NCBI GenBank assembly: GCA_045632465.1
Contig: JAZQWS010000344.1
Coordinates: 1 to 43,443, forward strand
Length of the DNA stretch: 43,443 nucleotides
Direction of reading: 5' to 3'
From: Eubacteriales bacterium
GTDB taxonomy: Bacteria > Bacillota > Clostridia > Oscillospirales > CAG-272
A program made the translations under genes and the position numbers. Below, piece after piece: positions 32,719 through 40,001 of the stretch. Every line of letters begins with the position of its first letter. Within the stretch, counting starts at the first letter, position 1. The notes beneath the pieces are model-generated. The model did not search any database, was not told where the DNA came from, and saw only the letters and a list, made by a program, of their open reading frames with translations.

Positions 32719-33843
32719 TTATTCGTAAGACCAAATTTTTTGGATGATCACGGATTGATCGCCGATCTTCTGATAATAAACGGTCAAAAATCTTCCGTCC
32801 GAAAGCTCCACCGTTGCAGGATAGCCGAGATCGTGCGTTTCGCTCTCGTTGTCCAGCACGAGATCGGTTTCCCATGTTTTTGCGCCGTCGCGGCTGATCA
32901 TCAGGCGGATGCCAAAGGGCTTTTCGCGATAGCCGTAGGCCGAGATAAGATCGCCGTTTTTGGCAAGGCAAAGATGCGCGGGCGCGCCGCCGCAATCTCC
33001 CGAGATCTGTACCGGGGCGGAGAAGGTGTACCCTCCATCGGTGGAAATGCTTTGATAAATCGTCAGCGCGGCGGGCGTTTTCTTCTCGGTGTGAACGCGG
33101 ATGTGTACAACGATTCTGCCATCGGGCAGACAGATGCAATGCGGCTCACAGACATATGCGCGCTTTCCTTCTCTGTAAATATCGGGGATATTGCCGAGAT
33201 GCTCGAACGTTCCGTCCGAGGAAATGCGATAGCATTGGATGCGCGGATCGGCATCGGCAGGGGATGCGGGGTTTTCCATGTCAAAGCGGCTTCCAACGTA
33301 GCGAAGATCTCCGTCGGGATGCAGAGAGGGGCCATGCGGCGCGGAAATCGGAATTTTTGCTATAGGGCCGAAGCTGTGTCCGCCATCGCGGCTGATGGCA
33401 AAGAGCGAGCCGAGATATTTTTCTTCTGCGCCCTCCATGGATTCAATCACGTCAAGATAGGCGTTGCTGAGCTTCTTTTTGCCCTCGTCGTACCATGCGT
33501 GCTCGCCGCCCGACAAGGCGTTGTAGCTTCTCTGAAAGGCAATGGAATTGTTAAAGCTTGTGACGAGAACGCTTCCGTCACCGAAAACGCCAATGCCCGC
33601 ATCGCGGTCGTCCAGCGGCGTGTCGATCAGAATGGCGGGAGCAGACCAGGTCTTTCCCTCGTCGCGGCTATAGGTGGCAATCACCTTGCCGAAGGCGCAA
33701 ACGTGCTTTAGGCGAAAGCCGGAGCAAACCGTTATCAGCGTTCCGTCGGGAAGCCTTTTTACGGTTGGCCATGCGAAATAGCAAAAGGGACTCTGCGGAT
33801 TTTGGCAAATAATCTTTTTTTCGTGCACTGTAATTTTTGTCAT
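32719..33843 (-). CDS. BNR/Asp-box beta-propeller, sialidase-family protein, type B; no signal peptide
   Basis: Asp-boxes SRDEGKTW, SRDGGHSF, STDGGYTF and SRDGAKTW, plus KRLPDG near the N-terminus. AAGGAG precedes ATG 33843, which is preferred over 33885. Confidence 0.75.
   Translation of the reverse strand: MTKITVHEKKIICQNPQSPFCYFAWPTVKRLPDGTLITVCSGFRLKHVCAFGKVIATYSRDEGKTWSAPAILIDTPLDDRDAGIGVFGDGSVLVTSFNNSIAFQRSYNALSGGEHAWYDEGKKKLSNAYLDVIESMEGAEEKYLGSLFAISRDGGHSFGPIAKIPISAPHGPSLHPDGDLRYVGSRFDMENPASPADADPRIQCYRISSDGTFEHLGNIPDIYREGKRAYVCEPHCICLPDGRIVVHIRVHTEKKTPAALTIYQSISTDGGYTFSAPVQISGDCGGAPAHLCLAKNGDLISAYGYREKPFGIRLMISRDGAKTWETDLVLDNESETHDLGYPATVELSDGRFLTVYYQKIGDQSVIIQKIWSYE
32726..32815. 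repeat. 90-nt direct repeat, copy 2 (3' end of the intact BNR-B gene)
   Basis: See copy 1. This copy is the genuine C-terminal coding sequence of 32719-33843. Confidence 0.95.
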
Positions 33844-33891
33844 TCCATATCTCCTTGTGCATATGTGCGATCGATTGTAAAACAACCGATA

Positions 33892-35013
33892 TTATTCCTC
33901 GATTTCGGAGAAGAGAATTTTCTTTATCACGGTGGCGGAAAGAACGTTCTTCGTGCCAAAGGAGTGGTAGTAGGCGCAGAGAAGATAGTCTTTTCCGACA
34001 AAGACGGCGGGATAGCAATAAACGTCCTCGGGGCTATCCTCTAAAAGGAAGACCTTGGCAGGAACGCTTCGCGGAGCATTGCGGATGAAGGCTTCGCCTT
34101 TTCCTTCAACGATCGCCGTAAGCAGGGGCGTTCGGTCGACGCCTCCCGCGCTTATACGGGTGCAACCTGCGTTGTGCGGCATGGGCGGCGCGGGATTGAA
34201 TACCGCGATCGTTTGATTTTCGCCCAAATGGCGCATATGCATGGGGGCGCAGGGGGAGGTGAAATAGGGGCAGGGGAGCGGCTTTGTGAAGCTTTCGCCT
34301 CCGTCCTCGGAAATGCTGGTGTATTGGCAGCCGCCGCTCGTGCGGTGGAAGGCGAGAATTTTTCCTTCTTCGATTTCGATAACGCCGGTTTCCTGCAATC
34401 CGGATTCCAGGTTTTCGCAGGGGTTTTCGAGCCGAGCGGGGCTCTTTTTAAAGGTTTTGCCGTCATCGTCCGAATAATAGAATATCGAGATGCCGCGGGA
34501 TGCAATGCCGTGGTGCGTGTCATCCTGAAATGGGTGATGGTTCAGAGGGAGCAGAATCCGCCCCGAAGAAAGACGAATCACTCTGGCGTTTTCCTTTACG
34601 AAATAATCCTCGTTATTTGTGCAGTTGGTGGGAGAAGAAAAGACCTTTGCGTCTCGCGTGCGCGTCAGCATCACGCGCATACCGATGCGTCCCATGCTGT
34701 TTTTGAATTTTTCGCCGTAAAAAAGGCCGATCTCGCCGTTTTGCATCGGGAGGAGGGAAACGCACATACGGTTGACCACCGTTTCGTCCATCGGCACAAG
34801 CACGCGGTAGCCGCCAAAGCTTTCGCCCTCATCCGAGGAGAAAACGGCACTGATTTGCGAGGCGGCGTGGTCGTGCACGCTGCCGCCGATATATTCACTG
34901 TAAGCATACATAATGCGCCCATCGGGAAGGCGGATCATGTCGCCCTCTCCGTTTCGCACGTTGTCGCCTATAGGGGGCAAGGCGCAAACTCTTTTTCCTA
35001 CAACCTTTATCAT
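33892..35013 (-). CDS. BNR/Asp-box beta-propeller, sialidase-family protein, paralog A2; no signal peptide
   Basis: SSDEGESF, SDDDGKTF, SEDGGESF and IRLPDGRIMYAY. Collinear with A1 (30461-31564), including the TSPC(A/S)PMHMRH block. Confidence 0.75.
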   Translation of the reverse strand: MIKVVGKRVCALPPIGDNVRNGEGDMIRLPDGRIMYAYSEYIGGSVHDHAASQISAVFSSDEGESFGGYRVLVPMDETVVNRMCVSLLPMQNGEIGLFYGEKFKNSMGRIGMRVMLTRTRDAKVFSSPTNCTNNEDYFVKENARVIRLSSGRILLPLNHHPFQDDTHHGIASRGISIFYYSDDDGKTFKKSPARLENPCENLESGLQETGVIEIEEGKILAFHRTSGGCQYTSISEDGGESFTKPLPCPYFTSPCAPMHMRHLGENQTIAVFNPAPPMPHNAGCTRISAGGVDRTPLLTAIVEGKGEAFIRNAPRSVPAKVFLLEDSPEDVYCYPAVFVGKDYLLCAYYHSFGTKNVLSATVIKKILFSEIEE

Positions 35014-35027
35014 TTCTTTTTCTTCCT

Positions 35028-36566
35028 TTATTCAAATTTTATGGAATACAGATCGGCATCGGCCATTTTGATCTCCAAAATGACCTCCTTGCCCGAGAAG
35101 CGTTTCACGGCATCCTCGGGAAAATGGATCTTCTTATCGGTGCTGTCACCGAAGATCTCGCAGCTTTCTGCCTTTTCATCGCCGCAGATCAGCGTAAAAT
35201 ACAGATGGCCGAAGGCGGAGGTGGAAATGTTGGCATAGAGGTTTTCTCCCTCGTAGATAAAGGGCTTGGTAATCACCGTTTCCTCCTCGTCCGCGTGCAG
35301 GGAAGCAAAGCCGTCCATGCGCAGAACGTAGCGGTAAAGTCTGGGCGGATCGCCGAGGCAATGACCGTCCGGCGAATAGAAAGAAAGCTCATCGTCCGCG
35401 CCGGGGATGTGCGATTTTGTCACCATGGGAATGGGGGTGGGATAGCAATCGCCGTAGAGCCAGCCGTTCGGATTTTCGGGGCCGGGGCGCATAAAGGCGG
35501 GCTTGAAGCGGTGAAAATGCAATCCGTCACGCGAGGTCATAAAGCCGCAATCCGTCACGGAAAGGCCAAAACGGGGAACAACGTTGTAGCGCTTATAGCG
35601 CTTTTCTCTGCCGCAAAGCTCATCGTAGTTTGCCGTCCATTCGTGGCGCTCTCTATAGCGCGTGTGAATGCCGATAAACATATGCGGCGCGCGAGCATAG
35701 CGGCTGATGCCGTTGGTATACATATGGTATTCATCCTCGTCCGCATAGGAGATGCAAACGGGATCGCTCCAGGTCTTGTAGTCCTTCGATTCGTAGTAGT
35801 AAACGTCGCGGTAGGCCGGGGCTGAAGAGCTGTGGATCTTTCCGTTGATGGCATCCCAGCCCATTGCGGTGCATTCCGCAGGGCTCATTCCTTTGATGCG
35901 CATACCGCGCGCGTAAAGGCGGTAGAGCTTTTCCTCCTTGTCCCATATCACGATGTTGAGAGAATCAAAGCCTCCCTGGTTCGTGATCATTTCTCCGAAG
36001 CGGAAATGAATGCCGTCGGGCGAGAGCATCGTGAAGAGGCGCGGTCTGTGAACCACGCCGGGCATCTTGGGCGGATCCCAGGCCGTGATGCCCTTGTAGC
36101 GCTCGTTTTCGGGACAATCGGGATTTTCATCATAGAAAACGTAGAGCTGGCAGGATTCGGGGTGAATGGTCTTGTCGAGAATCAGATTGTTATGCGTGCT
36201 TCCGCCGTAGGTGCAGATGCCGAGGTCGGGCTTTTCAAAATGAATGCCGTCGCCGCTCTCAAGATAGCAGATGCGATAGCCGTCCTCCATCTCTTCCTCT
36301 TTTAAGTGGCAGGGAAATTCGCGGCTGTGAGCGCCGTAGTGATACATGCGGTAGGTTCCGTTCGGATACTGTCCATGAACGCCCTTCCAGCGCGGATCGA
36401 AAAACACGTGGTGATAGCAGCAGGCCGCTCCCTCCCAGGGCGCATCGTGCAAAACAACGCATTCGCGCTTTTCGGGGCGGTGGAGGCAGATCTTCGCGGT
36501 GGTTTTTTCCTTATTCAGCAGAAAATCGTCAAAAAAGCATTCTCTGCGGTTTCTTATGTTGATCAT
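35028..36566 (-). CDS. hypothetical protein (512 aa), possibly a beta-propeller/lectin-fold glycan-active enzyme
   Basis: Long ORF inside the operon, with 14-nt and 26-nt gaps to its neighbours. No signal peptide. Trp/Tyr/Gly/Asp-rich composition, as in glycoside hydrolases. I recognise no diagnostic motif. Confidence 0.55.
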   Translation of the reverse strand: MINIRNRRECFFDDFLLNKEKTTAKICLHRPEKRECVVLHDAPWEGAACCYHHVFFDPRWKGVHGQYPNGTYRMYHYGAHSREFPCHLKEEEMEDGYRICYLESGDGIHFEKPDLGICTYGGSTHNNLILDKTIHPESCQLYVFYDENPDCPENERYKGITAWDPPKMPGVVHRPRLFTMLSPDGIHFRFGEMITNQGGFDSLNIVIWDKEEKLYRLYARGMRIKGMSPAECTAMGWDAINGKIHSSSAPAYRDVYYYESKDYKTWSDPVCISYADEDEYHMYTNGISRYARAPHMFIGIHTRYRERHEWTANYDELCGREKRYKRYNVVPRFGLSVTDCGFMTSRDGLHFHRFKPAFMRPGPENPNGWLYGDCYPTPIPMVTKSHIPGADDELSFYSPDGHCLGDPPRLYRYVLRMDGFASLHADEEETVITKPFIYEGENLYANISTSAFGHLYFTLICGDEKAESCEIFGDSTDKKIHFPEDAVKRFSGKEVILEIKMADADLYSIKFE

Positions 36567-36592
36567 TGCAAAAAATCCTTTCTACTTTTAGG

Positions 36593-37285
36593 TTAAGCGG
36601 TTGCCTCTGCGGCCTTGTTGGCCTGCTGTTCCTTATAGAGCTTCCAGATCGCGAAAATACTGCGCGCAACGCAGATCGCGCCGTAAATGCCGCTGATCAG
36701 GAAGGGGAATCTGGAGGGATCGTCCAAAACCATAGTGATATTGAGAACCATACCGATGGTGCAGCTGATGATCTGGATAAAAGGCGCTTCGCGGAAGGAG
36801 AAGAGATGCAAAACCGTCACGAGAATGCCGAGAAGAGAGGTGAGGGTATCGAGCGTTCCGTAGCTTGAGCCGAGAAGCTTCAGCACGGGAACGGCAATGC
36901 AGAAAATGAGCACGAAGCTTGTACCGATTCCGATATACATCTTTTTGGTCATACGGCGGAAAACGGTGGAATCCTTATAGGCGCGCTTCGACCAGGTAAA
37001 GAAGGTTGCCAGCTGAAGCAGGCAGGAGAAGAAAAATGCGTAGAACGCGGAAAAATAAAGGCCGAGGCCGATGTAGGAGATCGTATAGAGAACGGAGTTC
37101 AGTCCGCCGATCAGAAAGGCATAGCGATTCGCCTTCGAGGTCAGCATTCCAACGAAGAGCGAAATGTAAAGAGGAAGAACGAGATAAAAGGGAGAGGGGA
37201 AGATGCAATAGGTCGTGGTGATTCCAATGGCTGTCAGAATAAGCAAAAAACGGCGCGACGTCAAGATACTAAGTGCTTTTTTCAT
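36593..37285 (-). CDS. PnuC-like (nicotinamide riboside transporter family) small membrane protein
   Basis: About 230 aa with about 7 TM segments. Blocks ANRYAFLIGGLNSVLYTISY...LLQLATFFTWSK and DTLTSLLGILVTVLHL...FREAPFIQIIS...IFAIWKLYK follow the PnuC pattern (two repeats each ending in a W-x-K/W-K segment). From memory of the family, not a search. Confidence 0.5.
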   Translation of the reverse strand: MKKALSILTSRRFLLILTAIGITTTYCIFPSPFYLVLPLYISLFVGMLTSKANRYAFLIGGLNSVLYTISYIGLGLYFSAFYAFFFSCLLQLATFFTWSKRAYKDSTVFRRMTKKMYIGIGTSFVLIFCIAVPVLKLLGSSYGTLDTLTSLLGILVTVLHLFSFREAPFIQIISCTIGMVLNITMVLDDPSRFPFLISGIYGAICVARSIFAIWKLYKEQQANKAAEATA

Positions 37286-37319
37286 GGTAGTCCTCATTTC
37301 GGTATTTTTTTATAATACT

Positions 37320-37348
37320 ATTATACATGAGAAAAATGGAAAAAACAA
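37320..37348 (-). promoter_or_regulatory. possible promoter for the PnuC-like/sialidase-like operon
   Basis: On the minus strand, TTGTTT, 17 nt, TATAAT (complement of 37320-37325). The -35 is weak. Confidence 0.3.
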
Positions 37349-37393
37349 TTCTTGCGTCGGCCGTTTTTTTGAAAAACATGTCCCACTATTAAA

Positions 37394-38275
37394 CTATTCG
37401 GTGAAATTTTGCTCTCTGTACTCGCTTGGCGTGCATCCGAAGGCCTTGCGAAATGCAATATGAAAGCCGGAGGGTGAGGCGTAGCCTACCTCAGCTCCGA
37501 TCATGTCAATGGGCAAGTTCGTTGTGATCAGAAGCCCCTTGGCATAATGTAAGCGGAGCTCGGAAAGCTTCTTTCGGAAGCTCATGCCGAAGATGCTGCG
37601 CACAACGCGGCTCGTTTGCCGAATGGAGAGTCCGAGCAATTCGGCAAGATCCGCTTCGCAGATCGGCTCGCTTATATGCTGTTGCATTAAAATTTCGATT
37701 TTATTGTAGCGTGCGTTTGCATCGTCACTTTTTTGAAGAGAGACGTTCTCCTGCGGATTCATTACGGCGCCGAGACGGCGGTAAAGAAGAAGGAAGAGCT
37801 CGCAAAGATAGGCGCGGCAGAGCGGCGCGGAGGCGGCCTGATTTGAAAGCGTTTCCTCCTTGATTTTTTGCAGAAGCAGAATCAGATCCGCCGCATCCGA
37901 AAGGTGTGTCAGCGTGTGCAGGGTGGCGAAACGCGAGAAAAGATCCTCGCAGTCCTCCTTTTGGCGCGCATGGCAGGAAAATCGAAGTGTCAGCCGGCGG
38001 GTACCCATCTTTGCATCAACGAGGTGATAAATGTCCGGGGGAATCAGGCATATACCCCCTCGGGTCACTCTGATCTGCTCGGCGTTTGAGGTTTGAAAAA
38101 TAAGCTCCCCTTCGGTAACCGCCTGCATCTCAAAAACGGGATGGCTGTGAAAGGGTGTGGCGCGGATCTCGTCTTCACGAATGGAACCGTCTAAGGTAAT
38201 CGCCGCGGCGAGGTTTTCAAGCTCGAAGGAATAGGAGGAATAAAACGCGTGCTCGTATTCGCATTTTTGTGTCAT
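37394..38275 (-). CDS. AraC/XylS-family transcriptional regulator (cupin N-domain plus HTH)
   Basis: C-terminal LMQQHISEPICEADLAELLGLSIRQTSRVVRSIFGMSFRKKLSELRLHYAKGLL...IDMIGAEVGYASPSGFHIAFRKAFGCTPSEYR. GAGGAGG SD. Confidence 0.88.
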   Translation of the reverse strand: MTQKCEYEHAFYSSYSFELENLAAAITLDGSIREDEIRATPFHSHPVFEMQAVTEGELIFQTSNAEQIRVTRGGICLIPPDIYHLVDAKMGTRRLTLRFSCHARQKEDCEDLFSRFATLHTLTHLSDAADLILLLQKIKEETLSNQAASAPLCRAYLCELFLLLYRRLGAVMNPQENVSLQKSDDANARYNKIEILMQQHISEPICEADLAELLGLSIRQTSRVVRSIFGMSFRKKLSELRLHYAKGLLITTNLPIDMIGAEVGYASPSGFHIAFRKAFGCTPSEYREQNFTE

Positions 38276-38305
38276 TTTCTCCTCCTCTTCTGTTGAAAAA
38301 ACAGA

Positions 38306-39817
38306 TTATCTTTCCTTAATATGTAATGTTGGGTTTACAATAGAGTCGCAAATCCGCACTTCTGTCGAGCGCATCTCGAGAAGTCGCATGCCCATGTTCT
38401 CGATGATGTTGCGGGGCGGAAGGGGAAGCGTTTTGAATTCTTTTGCGTTGATCTGCTTGGATTTTGAAACGATGGAGATGTATCTGTCGTAGATCGTGGA
38501 ATTCAGAAGCGCAAAGAGTCCGAAGAGAAGTCTTGCGCAGATCTCGCCGCCCTTTTCCTTCGTGTCGATAAAGTTGAGCTTGTTATGCGTGCTGACGAAG
38601 CGGTAGGCGGGAAGGCGCGAGGACATATAGATGCCCGCGTTCACGAATCTCTCGTCTCTCTTGGCGGGAACGCGCTTGATCAGGATCATATTCTTGTTGG
38701 GCTGGAAGAGCGTTTTGGAGACGGGCGCGATATATTGCTTGGCAACGGCGGCAGGGAAATGTACCATGCCCTTTTCGATCGAGGCGGGGCGCAGAAGCGG
38801 GATCGTTCCCTTCACGGGATCGTTGAAAAGCATGCCGCCGCATCGGTTGTCCAGAACGAGACCGGTGTGCATCTTGAGACCGAGGCTATCCAGCGTTTCG
38901 GGGAAGTCCGAAATATAGCGAACGATGTTGGCATCCTCGGCGCTCTTCGGAAGCGTCAGCCCGCGGCCCTCCTTGTCCACCACGAAATCGTAAGAAAGAA
39001 GAGGAAGCGCGTTGGTTTTCGCGCCGTGGTCGGTCGAGGTATAGATCTGCACGTTTTCGGGCGCATCGCCCTTGCGCATCGCGAGAATGCATTCCTTCTT
39101 GAGCGGAACGGCGCGGCGCTCGTTTTTCTGTTTTCCTATAAAGAGATGCACCGATTGGAGCGGCATTTCTCCGAAAAGCGAGAGGCGGAAGGGCTTCTGC
39201 TCGGTGGCGGATGCAATGGTGGTCGGCATCATGATAACGAGCTGGCCGTCCTCCTCAAGGTGTCTTTTCGCCGTTTCGGCAAAGAGGAGCGCGCTGTGCG
39301 CCTTCACGGTGCTGATGCCGCCGATGGCCTTCGCCTCCTCCGATCCCTTTGCGTAAAGCTCCTTGGGGGGATTGCAGATGATATAATCAAAGGTGTCCTC
39401 CACGCGCTTGAAAAAATGCATCGTGTAGTGCTCCTTGGATTCGGTGATATAATTCTCTTCGTAAACGGTGATGAAAAGATGCACGTCATAGTCATGGCGG
39501 CACTTCTTGCGGATTCTCTCGAGGTTATCCTTCAACATGGGAAGGAAGGTCTCGTCGTTTTCGTAGCAGGTGAGAAAGATCTGCTTGCATCTGGGAGCTT
39601 CCTTGCAAATGCGCTCCACCAGCGCGGCCGAAAGAATACCCGTGCCCGCACCGGGATCCAGGATCGTGCAAGCGTTTTTCTCCGTATGCAAAGAAAACAT
39701 GGAAGCCATCACGCGCGCCGTGTCCTTTTTCGTAAAAAGTCTGCCAAGGCGAACGTTTTCGCTATCCACCCTCGCGCGCACAAGCTTTGCCGTGTTTCTG
39801 CAAGCCAAATTCAGCAT
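38306..39817 (-). CDS. gamma-class N6-adenine DNA methyltransferase (Eco57I/TaqI-like) with a C-terminal target-recognition-like domain; no partner endonuclease
   Basis: Motif I ILDPGAGTGIL (complement of about 39638-39658). Motif IV position reads DYIICNPPKELY (NPPK at the complement of 39362-39373) rather than NPP[YFW]. About 250-aa C-terminal domain. GGAGG SD. Confidence 0.7.
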   Translation of the reverse strand: MLNLACRNTAKLVRARVDSENVRLGRLFTKKDTARVMASMFSLHTEKNACTILDPGAGTGILSAALVERICKEAPRCKQIFLTCYENDETFLPMLKDNLERIRKKCRHDYDVHLFITVYEENYITESKEHYTMHFFKRVEDTFDYIICNPPKELYAKGSEEAKAIGGISTVKAHSALLFAETAKRHLEEDGQLVIMMPTTIASATEQKPFRLSLFGEMPLQSVHLFIGKQKNERRAVPLKKECILAMRKGDAPENVQIYTSTDHGAKTNALPLLSYDFVVDKEGRGLTLPKSAEDANIVRYISDFPETLDSLGLKMHTGLVLDNRCGGMLFNDPVKGTIPLLRPASIEKGMVHFPAAVAKQYIAPVSKTLFQPNKNMILIKRVPAKRDERFVNAGIYMSSRLPAYRFVSTHNKLNFIDTKEKGGEICARLLFGLFALLNSTIYDRYISIVSKSKQINAKEFKTLPLPPRNIIENMGMRLLEMRSTEVRICDSIVNPTLHIKER

Positions 39818-39857
39818 TTCTCTACCTCCAAAATTCTGCCTTGTTTTTTATAACACT

Positions 39858-39886
39858 ATTTTAGCATAATTTTTTGCCTCTTGCAA
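39858..39886 (-). promoter_or_regulatory. sigma-A type promoter for the methyltransferase gene
   Basis: On the minus strand, TTGCAA (39881-39886), 17 nt, TGcTAAAAT (complement of 39858-39863). Confidence 0.6.
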
Positions 39887-39915
39887 GACATTTTGTAAGT
39901 TTTTTTGCTAAAATT

Positions 39916-39944
39916 ATTGCAAAAGGCGATCGGAAATGCTATAC
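39916..39944 (+). promoter_or_regulatory. sigma-A type promoter for the SbcD-like gene
   Basis: TTGCAA (39916-39921), 17 nt, TGcTATACT (TATACT at 39939-39944). This puts the track start at 39936 inside the promoter, which supports ATG 40002. Confidence 0.6.
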
Positions 39945-40001
39945 TATAAGATAAAGAAAGAAATTCCCGACAAAGCGCGGGAGAAAAGGACGGGTAGATC
40001 T

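Noticed and set aside
31619-32815. The S8-like gene plus its flanking 90-nt direct repeats as an insertion sequence or transposon
   Set aside because: There is no transposase or integrase and no terminal inverted repeats. The repeat is far longer than a target-site duplication and is simply the 3' coding end of the neighbouring gene. A recombination or duplication scar fits better.
37286-37393. Riboswitch (for example an NAD+-type pnuC motif) upstream of the PnuC-like gene
   Set aside because: The leader left after the candidate promoter is only about 35 nt and AT-rich, with no conserved stem-loops. That is too short for any known aptamer.
5047-40001. N-terminal extensions of track ORFs (starts at 5047, 6438, 19228, 24896, 27091, 33885, 39936 and similar)
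   Set aside because: Each extension overlaps a neighbouring gene or a predicted promoter, lacks an SD, and adds non-homologous residues. An internal ATG with a GGAG-type SD begins the conserved part of each protein.
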